From Hydrolagus colliei (Eukaryota): a stretch of DNA of 64,000 nucleotides. Positions 51,105-63,817 of this stretch are shown piece after piece (the first letter of the stretch is position 1; the number at the start of each line of letters is the position of its first letter). Position numbers and translations under genes: made by a program. A model generated the notes under the pieces. That model did not search any database. It saw only the letters and a program-made list of their open reading frames with translations, and was not told the origin of the DNA. The stretch spans positions 14,074,001-14,138,000 of the forward strand of contig CM068755.1 in NCBI GenBank assembly GCA_035084275.1, in the 5' to 3' direction.

Positions 51105-51448
51105 GTGGAGCTCCTGTGGCTCAGTGGTTATAGCACTTGTCTTGCAAGCTGGGGAGACCAAGCTGGGGAGACCTGTGTTCGAATCCAGGCAGGTCAGGGC
51201 GGAACCTTGGGCAAGTTTCTTTACTCCACACGCCTAATAATAATCCCTCCAAAAAAAAACACAATAATAGAATTGGTCATTTCAATCCACGACTGTGTGT
51301 GGGACACTGCTGTGCGCAATTGGCTCCCGCGATTCGCCCACAAATATATACAGTCAATTCACTTTGCAGTATATTCTATGAAGCGCTTTGGGACGTTGAT
51401 AAAATGTGGAAAGCGCTATATCAAATGCAAGGATTATATTATTATTAT
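51105..51448 (+). mobile_element. Full-length SINE, same family, with a 14-bp internal tandem duplication
   Basis: A and B boxes, shared body, caagctggggagac x2 at 51145-51172. Confidence 0.9.
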
Positions 51449-52629
51449 ACAATAAAGTCCTTCCTACTTGATTAGTGGCTCTTCCCATTGCATCTGTTAT
51501 CTATAGAACAGTTTATATGAGCGTCTTTTATTCAGATTAATTTGCTGTTGTTCAGTTATCTGATTTGCTGTGGAATGTTAAAGTATAGATGAGAAAAAGT
51601 GTCCGCTATATCAGGATCCATTGGATCCTGCCACGTACGCTTAAGTTTATCTCCGCTGCCTATCTCCAGATACACAGCTGATGTTAATCAGGCACCTTTC
51701 GCAAGACTGACTTTTCTTTGAACCCAACAGTTTGGGAAGTTACGAATTCTAGCACGGGCGAACTGTCTTACTTACCCAGCGAATTATATTTACCTTTAAT
51801 TCACGATGGAACACTGGTTACCAGATTATTTGTACGTAGAGTTGGAGAGCTGGCCGTGAATATTGAGTTGAGTTCCTTTTTTGGGGAAGGGAAAAAGTGC
51901 AAAGCTTTAGTTTGAATGTGTGCGCTGCTACTGAACAGCTGCTTCAGGCAGTTCTTACAGTAATAACGAAATGCTTCTTGTTGAATTGTGTAATGAGGGA
52001 TTAATGAGTTTCTCATTTGATTCGGTGGTCACATTCAGGATGAAAGTGCCTTGTGTCGATTTAATTTGCTGATCTTGCAGAAAGAACTGGAGATTTACAC
52101 AGGTGCAGTTTGCTGATTACAAAGCAGCGTTTCAAAGCTGTTAGCGAGAAAGACGTCCCCAAAATGTTTTAAATTGTACGTTTGTGTTACTTTTTTTTCT
52201 GGAGTAGGATTAGTGCAAATCCTATTTTAAAAATTTCCTAAAACTTTTCCTTTCTTCAAAGTTTGAATCTAGATGTCATTCACTTCACGACTTTAATCAA
52301 TTTTTACTCCTGTTCTCTGTTGGTGGGAAAACATTGTGAGGGATGCCCCTCTGAAACAAAAGGTATCAGGTTTGATACAGCAAAATCTTGGAATGATTTC
52401 ACGAGAACCTCTGGTTAGTGGTTTTAATAGGACTCAGCCTTCTGGCTAATTGAATTCCCACCTCCACGCCCCTCCATTAACCAACTGAATCAAATACAGA
52501 TTGCATTCTTAACTGTACCCTATGTTGTAGAAAGATGTCAGCTTGACTATTTGCTTGGTCAGTCAGCATCCGGGCCTTTGGGTCAGTTATTGATCAAATG
52601 TTACTGTCATTTAGCTCACAGTCTAAACT

Positions 52630-52955
52630 GATGTTCCAGTGAGGTTCTGGGGAGCACAGTTTTGTCAGAAGTGTGGTCCTTCTTGTCAGATATTAAAACA
52701 GAGGTTCCATCTGCCGATTCAGGGGGTCTTTTAAAATCCCCCTGATACTGTTTGAAAAGATAGAGGAGTTTTTCCCGATGTGCTGTCCCAACAATTCTCC
52801 AAATCCGCTGGTCATTTATTTGTGGACATTGCTGAGTGTGAACAAATTGGCTGACATGTTTGCTAGAGATAATAACGACACAGGTCAGCAAATGCCCATC
52901 GAGTGCTTTGGGATGCTCTGACGATGTCGGCATTATATTAAGTGTAAGCAATATT
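52630..52955 (+). mobile_element. Ancient Deu-domain SINE (AmnSINE1/SacSINE1-like); another fragment at ~9030-9240
   Basis: attaaaacagaggttccatctgcc..aaaatccc..tttgaaaagatagaggagtttttcccgatgtgctg..caaattggctg followed by an L2 tail. Confidence 0.65.
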
Positions 52956-54062
52956 ATTATTACCTAGAGAGATGAGAGTCCTCATTAGAGGGCCATTGTT
53001 GAGTGTGCACAAAGACATTGCGAGTTGCCAGGCACTACAGCAGTATTTCATTGATGACACATAGATTTTGCTACTACGGTGAGGAGACAAAAATGGGGAA
53101 AGAAGATTTATGTTACACGATTGCAGCCAGTTCACACTTGTGCATTTTGGAACAGCCGCAGGAATGAAATATACGCTTGAGAGAGTCCGGATTAAGCTGC
53201 AACTGGTTCAGAACTATTTTGGTCAATGATTCGGAGACAAATCCAGCCTTGGTTAGAAGGGATGTTCTGAACAACACAAATCTTGGTAGATTTAGTTTTG
53301 CCTAACAAGCAAGGAATGTACAGATCACCCAATATCCGATGAAGTGTTTAATATGAAATGCGACCACGTTCCCTCCCGAAAACTTTCAAACAGCTGTAAA
53401 ATGTAATTATTCTGAAATTAATCACCCCCAGTTTCTAAATGTGATGACTGCTCAGCATGATATGACTCCAACTGGTAGCAATCTAATGAACAGATATCCG
53501 TGCGTTTAACATGATTATCTTTTGTAACCGAGGTAGTCACTGAGTTTCTTGTTCAGAATATTTCTATTTTTCAAAACTCCTAAGCCGACTGCATGAAGGA
53601 AAATCAGCAAATATGAGTGCAGTTCAACCCATCATTGCTGAATGGTACCGTGTATAGTATTCAGTTTCGTTTTCATATTTCATAATAGATGTTGAAAGGT
53701 ACATTATTGTTTCATTTCATACCTGCTGAGTAATGCTCCAAATTGCATTTTGTGATGTATTTTCTGGTGAAAATGGGATCTGTTTACACCTTAAAATATT
53801 TCAAAGGATTGTACAGTACTATAAAGGTCTGATTATAGTCGCTTAGCATTGATTTATCTGAATGACACAGATTTTTCTTTCCAGGGAACCTGAACATATT
53901 TACTTTATTCGACACGCGTTTAGAAATGGAACATTCAGCCTTGCTCTTCCCGATTTGACGCATTGTGTTTGTGCGTCTGTGTGTTTTTCAAGCTTGTATC
54001 TTTTTTCAAAAAAATTGTACACCTAACATGCAACTTTCCTGTGGACATCTTGATCTAAACAG

Positions 54063-54133
54063 GTGCTAACCAGTGGTCGAGGCCAGGAGCGACCCCCTCA
54101 TCTCCCGGCTATGAAAACTCTCTTCACTCGCTG
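54063..54133 (+). CDS. TCF12: TCF12 exon ~14 (71 nt, phase 1-0): GANQWSRPGATPSSPGYENSLHSL
   Basis: aaacag acceptor, CTG|gtaaga donor; YENSLHSL motif. Confidence 0.94.
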
Positions 54134-54950
54134 GTAAGACAGACCTGACCCACTTTTGTGAAATCGTTTACTGCCAGCCGTAGTTTGAATATGAAAGCTT
54201 AGCATTGGTATATGGTTACCATACCACTGCAGTGCCAATCCTTCTAGCAAGTGAGCTGGAGAGAATCAGCAGTGAAGGTCGTAATCACTTGTTACCGATG
54301 TACCAACCCACTTTCCATTTTCACTTTCCAGCACCTTGGGACGTCCTCCCGACGTGAAAGGCGCTCCGCAAATGTCGTTTGGTTGTTGCTGTTTCATGCT
54401 TATTTTCTACAAGTAGATTTTGCTCCACTGATTTCTTTTAACTCTCCACTTTCCATTTTAACAATACATTGAGCTAATTTACTCACAGTGGAATTGATTC
54501 TCTTGGCAATCTTCTATATTTTGCAGACTATATATATTATAGTGCAGTCTTCCAACCACCCACCAAAAAATATATAATCTGAGGAAGGGCATCAGAATTG
54601 AGGTGCTAATAGGAGAGTTAGATTTCCACTAAGATGCAGAAAGATTTAGGGAAAGGGTCATTCTCCTAGTGGTTGGTGATCACTGATGGTGTGTGATCAA
54701 AGGCAGAAACTGTAGTTCAGATAGGGAAAATAAAAGCTGTGTGCAATTCACTTTCCATTTAAACAGCCTGCATGTCTGTATGCACTCTGAAATGAGCACG
54801 GAATCATTGATGACTAAATTTCCGTTCACTTTTTAACATTTTAAAAAATGGTTCCGCCATTCACTTATTTAACCCATTGGCTTGGCTTAGCTTTTTAAGT
54901 GTTTTTGTTTGTATTAATGCTTTTTGCTTGTTCTGTCTTGGCTTTACCAG

Positions 54951-55022
54951 AAAAATCGGGTTGAACAGCAACTTCATGAGCATTTGCAAGATGCAATGTC
55001 TTTCTTAAAGGATGTCTGCGAG
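54951..55022 (+). CDS. TCF12: TCF12 72-nt cassette exon ~15 (so-called ankyrin-like insert): KNRVEQQLHEHLQDAMSFLKDVCE
   Basis: Long pyrimidine tract plus ccag acceptor, GAG|gtacta donor, phase 0-0; TCF12-diagnostic peptide. Confidence 0.95.
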
Positions 55023-55485
55023 GTACTATTTATCTTACAACAGTACATTTCCATCCCTGATTCACCATTTCCAAATCAGTTGGGGCATCTGCATGAGCTG
55101 CAACACTCTTCCATGAATCTCTTCCGGCCTCGAAACACAATTTTTCACTTTCTTTTAAACCATTCCTTTTCACTTGAAGATTTACACATCCGATAAAGGA
55201 GCACATCAAACAACCGTTTGTTACTTGTGCTGGAGAAATCCATAAGATTTTAAATATATATATGTATATATCTAAAAAAAAACACTTTACCAGATATCCG
55301 CCCAATTTGAACTTATTTTTCCCACCAAATGCCTGTAGCTGCTGTTGCAACCATTTGTGTTTTTTTGTGGCCATTTTTTTTTTCTGGTTATACCTAACAC
55401 ACTAACGGACGCACACTGCATTTACCTTGATCAGACGTGTGCCAGAGAAAATATGTTTGTTCTATCACCGTATTTGTCTCAACAG

Positions 55486-55692
55486 CAGACTCGAATGGAA
55501 GATCGCTTAGACCGATTGGATGATGCAATCCATGTTCTAAGAAACCATGCTGTAGGGCCTTCAACAAGCATGTCTGGTTGCCATAGTGAAATGCATAGTT
55601 TACTGGGACCATCACAAAATGGGCCAATTGGAGGATTGCATTCAAACTATGGAACATCTGTGCTGGTAACTTCCAGCCGACAAGCATCAATG
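55486..55692 (+). CDS. TCF12: TCF12 exon ~16 (207 nt, phase 0-0), AD2 helix: [24 protein letters not shown]...SSRQASM
   Basis: CAGCAG tandem acceptor, ATG|gtaatt donor; [13 protein letters not shown] motif. Confidence 0.96.
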
Positions 55693-58404
55693 GTAATTAT
55701 TTTCTATATTCAGAAAGCAGAAAGGTGCCAAATTCTTTATTGACTGGTTTTAGTTTCTACCACAACAAATCGAAGGCAAAGTTGATTGCCGCAGCAGATA
55801 GCTATTGTTGAAATAAGGTTTCAATAACCTGAGTTGGATTTCGCAACGTCCACTCGTGCAACAGATCAATAAAATGAACCGTTCAGGTTTCACGCAGCAG
55901 TCAAAACATGTACGACGGCATTTGTAGCATAAGCCACAAACTTTGCCTTGCTACCCTTCTCCTTGCCTTCAAAAGCCACCCATGAGAAAGCATCTCTTTG
56001 ACCATGACTTCATCAATGACCTTGCATCTCTCATTTTCATTTCCTCCTTTGGCGTTGAGCTCTTCGGGACAGTTTACATGAAAGACGCTGGATAAATACA
56101 CATTGTCGCACTTTAAACTGCAACTATGTGCAATTGGACTCGCCACAATGTGTAAGAGTTTTTTTTGTTTGAGTTTATGTTGCAAGGCATTTCATTTTCT
56201 TATTTGAATATGTCAGTGATTGACTTCAGTAACTATCAACAAGTAGTGAAAAATCTCCCAAGGGTGATTTGTATGGTGGCTGCCAATAATGCCATGTGTC
56301 GTTTAACAGTCAGTTACAGGTTAAATTCTATTCTAAAATTGTGTTTTGCTACATGTGCAAATTGTGGTAACGCATAATCTGCTGCCACAATAAGATTACC
56401 GGCATTTCTACCACATTGCAATGTGAACATGTTCTGATTGGACAGCTGTTGTGAATTAAAATGTCTGAACAACACAGCAATTGTCAAACTCTCCCAATTT
56501 CTGAATCATCCACATCAAAGATAGGTTGATGCAACCATGTCAATCAGTACCCTTGTGCCTTTTTGGTTTGGCCAAAAGGTAAATTAGTGTCTCGCGACAG
56601 TTTTTGCCTCAAAAAACCTATTCTGTTTAATGTGGTTCCACTGTCTTACTTTGGAAGTGAGAATTTTGGAGGCTGAATAAATAAATGCATTTCATTTTTG
56701 GAGGAAGTTGAAATAACAGTTAGATCAGTCAAGAACCGCCAAAAAGTCACGGAAAGAATGGAAATGCTGGAAGAAAAGCAACAATATTTATAAATTTGAT
56801 TTCCGCTGTTAAAGGTACTGTTGACATGATTAGCGTTTTGGATTAACTATTTACAACAGTGCACAAGATCAATGTGAACATCAATCTAAAGAGTTTAATT
56901 CTTTTAAATAAATGGATTGCTTGTTAAATTTATTTCCTTGTGCCTACAAATTACTTCGTTTTATGTCAAGATTTTAAGTTTTCCATTCATTTTCCAAGTC
57001 AAAGAAAGTTATCTGCATTTGGAAAATCTAAGGATTTTATTATCTGTGTAAGTGTAGTTTGGAAATTGAAAGTTGTATTGAAAATATTTCGCAAATTGTA
57101 TTTTTAGTTGAGCTGAATTATCAGGAATAAATTGAAATCAAATTAACTTCATGCACATTTAATTTGAATAAATGGAAATGATTTATGTATGGGGTCAATT
57201 TGATTAAAATGTGCTCGTATATATGTTGCACTTTGCCCTACATTATGCAAGCTTAAATTTAGCACTTGGTGTCTTAAATTGAATTCACTGTTAATATAGC
57301 AAATTTCACTTATACAGTACTCACAAAAAAAATGGTTCTTGAGTGTTTGAAACAAGATGGGATAATTGTCTTAACACTTTCTCAAGTATATTTTTTGTGT
57401 ATACTACTTAGCGATCATTTATAAGGTGAGGAGGGTTGGTTCACTTTGGTACTTAGATATGGCTGATGTGACTGAATGCACTCATCTTGATATAGGGTGT
57501 CATGTATGCTGAAGGATTAATGATGGATATGTAAATGACCGATTATCAGGAAATGCTGTGCCTTAATTTGTTTGTGTAGGCATTATGGTTTCTATTTTGT
57601 TTTTCACACAATGGCTACATTTGCACTGTGGCAGGATTTGTTGTGCGAAACTTGTTTCGCAGAGTAATTCTTATTGTTGATGGCTAGGTCTCTGTCCTAT
57701 GGACCGTTGTAGTTAATAACGATAACACTCAGAATACTGCCGTAAGAAAAATCATCAAATTCACATTAAGTCTCTGAGTGTAGCCTGTCTGTAAATGAGC
57801 CAGTTTTGCAGGAGAAGCAAAACACCTTTCATGCTGTTAAATCTGTAAGAATATTAATCATTTTTCAAGAGTAAATGGGGGTTCTCTGGACAGCAGGAAA
57901 ATTGGGATAAAGTACACCTGCTTTGTGGTCCAAATGTATTTCTTCCCTCGTTCCTAATCCTGTAAAAGAAAACAGTGCAAAGCCTTGTGAGATTCTGCTG
58001 TAATCATATGGAGAAAATCATTTCCACAGAGGATATTTAGATTATAGTTGCATTTTTTGCAGATGTGTAAGAACTGGCACAAATGTCCTAGAAGTTTATG
58101 GAGGAAATGGGTAAAACAGGCTAGCTGGGCCCTGAGTTGCAGAAACTTGGAAAATTACTTTGAGAAACAGAGCTATTGGCCAAGACAACATGAACAGAGA
58201 AACAAGCTGCAGGAATGTGTTTAATTTGTGGTTCTGAAATTGATCTTTTTTTAGTAAAAGGGTTTGAGCACAGCTGTAGTGGAAGAATCAGTGGAGGGAA
58301 GCAATATGTACACGAGTCCCCAGATAGTATCAAATGATGGTACCCTCGTTGAAAATGTGGGAACCATTCATTTAACAAAAATTCATGGAGCAGATAGAAC
58401 CAGA

Positions 58405-58620
58405 GAAATTTACAACACATAAGGTGGCCATTCGGCCCATTGTGTCTCTGTGCTGACTCTTTTACAAGCAATCCTTTCAGTCTTATTGATCTGCCCTTTT
58501 CCCCCATTACCTCTGCACTTTACTTCCTTTTAGGTATTTTGTTCCATTTTGAAAGTTAATATGGATTCTGCCTCCCTATCCTACCTATTCTCTATGTGAA
58601 AAAATTCTAACCTCTCCATT
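58405..58620 (-). mobile_element. CR1 LINE 3' end fragment
   Basis: aggtggccattcggcccattgtgtct..ttttgaaagttaatatggattctgcctcc..gtgaaaaaattct. Confidence 0.7.
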
Positions 58621-60799
58621 TGCTTGTTTACTAACTATAGATGAAACACATGGACATCCACAGCCTGACTGTCTTCTGCCACCTTCTTCTCATCCAGTCC
58701 ACACTTCAGAAACATAGAATCAGATAGGAAATTACAACACCGGTCATTCCACCCAACTAGTTTGTCCGTATCTGTGCTTAGATTCTACAAAACTCCAACC
58801 ATCCTGCTTTAATCCTCTCTTGTTTCCCCTTTTATTGTCTTTTTCCCACATGGATGTAAACAATTTTAATCCAAACTTACTTGAGGCTGGAAATCTTCTA
58901 GTGGGTCTCGGAGGAAACAAGCATTCTCATCCTGTCACCAGAAAATCTTGTCCAAAAATGATCTGACCTTCCAAGGGAAGAGGAATTTTAAGCTGTTGTT
59001 GATGGGACCCACAAAATATTCCATGTGCCCAGATGGAAGTGAGGTGGAGATGGACCGACAGGACCATATTTAGAGACTGTTCGTGGCTGTGTTCATTGAA
59101 ATCTGAGAGAATTCTTGAATAGGATGGTTTTTAACTTGTCTGTAAATTCACTTTGCGACAAAGCGGACAAATACTCTGGACAGAAAATACAGTTGATTTC
59201 TGGTTTTTCTAGTATACGAGAGTAAGGCAGTCGCATCTCAACAGTGCAGTTTTTTTTGTGTTGCAAGGTCCTATTATAGTTTGAACCAATTCCAAGTTCA
59301 TTCTTGCATTTGGGAACAATTTATTCTAATTCTACAGTCATGGCAGTAAACATCAAAGCCTTTAGACCCCTGAGAATAATAAATTGGGCAGAATGTCAAC
59401 ATTCTATTCTTTATTTCCACAGTTCCAGAGCCATTGAGGTAAAAAAAAATTAATTGATAATTTTTACAGGGTTAGATAATACAAGATTTTCCTGTTTTTT
59501 TAGTTTGGTATTTGGACAGACGCATTGGTGAAAATCTTCTTTACATGTAAAACCACATAGATCTGTTTTTTAAAATAAGGTTTACATTGTATCAGGTTTT
59601 TGTAAAATCGTGCAAAACTGGTTATTTAGATGCGTGTAGATAGATTTTTAAATAATGTTTACAGCAACTGTGTGTGTGTATATATCCCTGATGTATTATT
59701 AATTTATAACACATTGCTTTAAAAATCACATTAAATCTCATGCATTCACTATTGCCCCAGCATAACAAATGCTTACATCATGCTGCCAGATGGCATGATG
59801 ACAATTTTAAAATATGTGTCCGATTTCCCGGATGCAATGTTACTGGGCAGCAATGGCTGCAGAATAGCTCACATCAAAAGAAGGTCTGAGGCTAGTCTGA
59901 GCCAGTTAGGAGTTCAGGAGTTTGTAATGATTACTTTCCAAAATAGATTTTGACAAATGCAATGTCTGTTTTTAAAACGCTGAACAGTGTGGTACCTTTC
60001 TGAAAGAATTGAATCCAATGAAAAAACTTAAAAGTCCACCTGTGTTCTTTTCCCTGGTTGTTTGTGGAGCACTTTTAGTTCAGGGTATTTTTTCTCAGGA
60101 TTTTCTCCCTTGACATGTGTTATTTACATGGTCAAAGATGGCAGCACAATAAGAACATACTATCTTTCAATAAGCATTTGGAAATTTAATGGGAAACCTT
60201 GGAAAATAGATATGATGTTTGCTTCCTTCAGTAAGCTAAACCTGAGCATATCAATTTCTTGCTGCTCATTTAATTGTTGGAAATACCGTAGAAGACAAGT
60301 TTGCTGAATTTTGTAATACCTCAGGATCCGGGTGGGATTTTTTCTTTCGTGTGATCGTATAAAAATCACAATTCTAAAATGAAAGTTATTGTAAGAACTG
60401 TGTGCAGATCTCTCACCATAATGTAACACAGTAGTGTTTTGGTGAAGACTGAACACACTATTTTTATGTAATTTCCCCAACTCCAGAAAGACATTTCCAA
60501 ATGCTTAAAATTGAATTATTCCTCCAATGTATAAAATGACTCTTGAGCTAGATTGTGTGTTAAATGCTATCACCACCTATCCACCATCGCCACCAGGTGT
60601 TCAGATTAGTAATAGCTTTTTGATTTGCTCCTTTAGCCTTCGCAATTTTTCAGATTGTGTATCACATTTATTTTTGTGTGGCTAATATTATATCTTTCGT
60701 GGGTAAATTGGAAAATTCCGCACCTAATTTTTCAGCTTGAAGTGTAGGAAAGAGTATACAGGACTAGAATGTGCAACTAGAATTGGAAGAAACTTGTAC

Positions 60800-61260
60800 A
60801 TTAATCGGACGATTTAATCATCCATATAAAACAAATCCGACTTGATCACAAAACTATCCCAATTGATTTCAAAGCGACTATTTGAAGTGGACAAAACCAA
60901 AGGGAATTTCTTTCCATCTCCTCGACAATGGATACTGAAAAATTGTTTTATGTCCCTCACCAGGAGATTATAATAATTAAATGGTTGTATTGAATTTTAA
61001 ATTCAGTTATTATCAGAAAATGAAAAATTACTAAGGTTTATGAGAGCAAATTGAGTTTTGTGATGATAAGAGGAACAAAGAATCCAGTAATTATATCTAG
61101 AGATGTGAGTACTATAATTACAACTCGAGTATGAAATAGTTAAACAGTTATAGAAAATTCATTATCAGGATATCAAGGCACCAACAATGGATGCTACTGC
61201 TTGGATCTCAAGTCAAGATTCTTGTATGAAAGGAGAGGTCTAACAGTGGGTTGCTAAACT
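60800..61260 (+). mobile_element. Highly decayed Penelope-like reverse transcriptase fragment
   Basis: Across frameshifts: SSI*NKSDLITKL, TMDTEKLFYVPHQE, QGT-TMDATA, resembling PLE motifs SYIKD..D.L.KL, TMDV.SLYT.IPH.E, QGTAMG. Confidence 0.4.
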
Positions 61261-62802
61261 CACTTGGCTTCAGTTGAGGTGACTAAATAGTCTATACTAA
61301 TTGAGGAAGGTTATCTGACGCTAATTTAGGGGTTAAAATAAAATGCTGCTTGTTTACTGTCACCTTGTGGTGAAATTAAAACAAATCGTTTAAGCAATGG
61401 GATTTATGAGATTCATCAAAATGGAGGAGAATACGCAACAATGTCAAAACATGTAACAAATCGTAGTTCTATTTTGGATGACAATAACAAAAGATGGCCT
61501 TTTTGAGCTTCTACACCTTTTGAAATCAATTTAGCATTATTAACATTTCACCAACTTTTGGGGGGGGAAAAAATTCAGAACAATTCTGTTCTTAAATCTT
61601 CATGCTTAGGAAAGAAAACACATTTTGAATAAGTCAGACATTCTGAACCAGTATAAAAGCCGAAAGCGATACCATTGCTAGTATGGTAAAACCTGATATT
61701 TGAACATATGCTATTTTAATTAGACGTCTTATGGGAGTAAATTAGGCATATGTGCGCCCAAGAGCAATTTGGGGGTTTGGCATTCACACTGGTATTTCTA
61801 ATGGGAGTTTACATTTCTGATGTTCTCAGTTTTCCAGCAAGTTTAAGTGAGTACATAGTGTGGTACTGAGTCATTCAGTTAATCAAGATACAAGCAAACT
61901 AAATAAACTCACCCCAGCCAGCATGGAATTGGCCATTACATCATCACACCTTCATTACAATAAATCCACTTGCGAACCAACCCGTTGAAATTGCAAAGTG
62001 AAGCTCCATCATTCTAGCCTGTGCTGGGCGCACATCTTTTCATTGGGTCATTGTTTGGCATTAACAAAAAAGCATGATTTCTGTGGATATCTCCTCTTTG
62101 CTTAAAATTGTCCCATCAAATGTGATGCATCAAAGCTCTCTCCCAATGCTGCAGCAGAACGCCTGTTCAAAGTGCGATACGGTTGCCTTCTTTTCCCTCG
62201 ATCATTCTTGCCTTTTCTCTCGATCATTCTTTCTTCACTCCCAACTCTTGGAAGAATGGAGCGTCCTTGCTGTCCTCATTGCCTTGAGATGCGGAGGGAG
62301 GGAGGAAAATATCACTCTGGATTCTTGCTTCTGATTTTTCTGAGCTGTGCACCTGTGGATGTTGTGATCAGATCATATTTAACTGTGGTTTAATTTTGTG
62401 TTGTGAGGTTGCGCATAAACTCTTTACAGCCTGCTGTGACTTACTGTGATCCACATAACTAAGTATTTTTTTTGTTTATCTGCTGTAATAAAAGTGAAGT
62501 ATTTTTTGATTACTGCACCATTCATATCATTTCAATGGCTTCATATTCATAGAGTTTTTGACTTTTTTTTATTCACAAGAAAGAATTGGGACAACAACAC
62601 ATTATTTAAACGTTATGACTAAAGCTGCGTGTTACAGCTTGCCAAATAAAGTGAATTGTTTTAAAAACAATTTATGCTGAAGCCGTGGAATAATAGTATT
62701 CCCGTTTCTTGATTTTAAAAAATATATATATATATATTTAACTATCCGTATGGTAATTATTCCATAGAAGGCAATAGTAGAATAAATTGTCGTCTTTTAT
62801 AG

Positions 62803-62917
62803 GTTGGTTCTCATCGGGATGAATCTGTCAGTCTCCATAACAGCCATTCGATCCTCCCCAGTACAGTTCCCCCAACAAGTACAGAATTAAATCACCATCC
62901 ACAGGATAACTGCAGAG
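62803..62917 (+). CDS. TCF12: TCF12 exon ~17 (115 nt, phase 0-1): VGSHRDESVSLHNSHSILPSTVPPTSTELNHHPQDNCRG
   Basis: cttttatag acceptor, G|gtatat donor; similar to HEB VGTHREDSVSL. Confidence 0.92.
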
Positions 62918-63077
62918 GTATATCTTAGTAACCTAACTCTAAATGACACCGTTGTGCATTTTATTGAATAATAAGTGAACCGATATAAATCTTTTCAAAA
63001 ATAATTTATGTTGTTTGTGCGTGGAAACCGCAGTTAACCTGGGGCTTGCTTTATTATTATTTATTTTGTGTGTATAG

Positions 63078-63240
63078 GACCGTCCAGTAGTTTGCAAAGT
63101 CAGGCTGTTGCCTTGAGTCAAGCTGATGTCAAACGAGAGGAGAAGGACGAGAATACACGGGACTCCTTCTCATCTGATGACAAGGGATTAGAAGAGGATG
63201 GATCCAAAAGTGATAAACTCCAATTGGGGGATAGATCCAG
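63078..63240 (+). CDS. TCF12: TCF12 exon ~18 (163 nt, phase 1-2): GPSSSLQSQAVALSQADVKREEKDENTRDSFSSDDKGLEEDGSKSDKLQLGDRS
   Basis: gtatag acceptor, AG|gtaaac donor; EKDEN and SSDD motifs; phase fits the bHLH exon. Confidence 0.88.
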
Positions 63241-63299
63241 GTAAACCGCACTGTGATCTTCTTAGGCAGTAAATCACTCATGCCGTTTTCAGTAGAATG

Positions 63300-63546
63300 T
63301 TATACACAGGGTAGCACCCCAGAGCGCTTGACAGTGGCGGAGAATGACTCTCAGCCGGAGGGAGTGGAGGGGTTACCCTTAGGCACGGTCGAATAGGAGG
63401 TCTTCACGCGCGAGGAACAGTGTTCCAGTGTTTCAGGATTTAGTGGGGGGAGAGTAAGCAGATCAGAGAGGTAGGGATGAAGGAGATTGGAAAACGAGTG
63501 TGAGGATCTTGAAATCGACCCATTCGTTGACATGGAGCTCGACCGG
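63300..63546 (-). mobile_element. L2 LINE 3' fragment in the intron before the bHLH exon
   Basis: Minus strand [12 protein letters not shown], then frameshifted HPYLSDLL. Confidence 0.65.
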
Positions 63547-63587
63547 AACGGATGTGATTCATACGGTGTCTTTATTTCCGAACGCAG

Positions 63588-63817
63588 TAATCATGAAGAC
63601 GACGACCTAAATCCCGAGCAAAAAGCAGAACGGGAACGGGAGAGGAGGATGGCAAATAATGCCAGAGAGCGTCTTCGCGTACGAGACATCAACGAGGCAT
63701 TTAAGGAGCTCGGACGCATGTGTCAACTTCACATGAAAAGCGAAAAGCCCCAAACCAAGCTACTTATTCTGCATCAGGCAGTCACCGTTATCCTCAACTT
63801 GGAACAACAGGTCCGAG
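63588..63817 (+). CDS. TCF12: TCF12 exon ~19, bHLH domain: (S)[76 protein letters not shown]
   Basis: aacgcag acceptor, G|gtcagt donor; canonical class I bHLH. Confidence 0.98.

Noticed and set aside
51612-51630. Palindrome caggatcca-t-tggatcctg
   Set aside because: Short and isolated, with no supporting context.
53437-53547. C/D-box snoRNA-like GTGATGA...CTGA (also 21389-21416)
   Set aside because: Minimal terminal stem, no clear C'/D' boxes, and no rRNA-complementary guide recognised.
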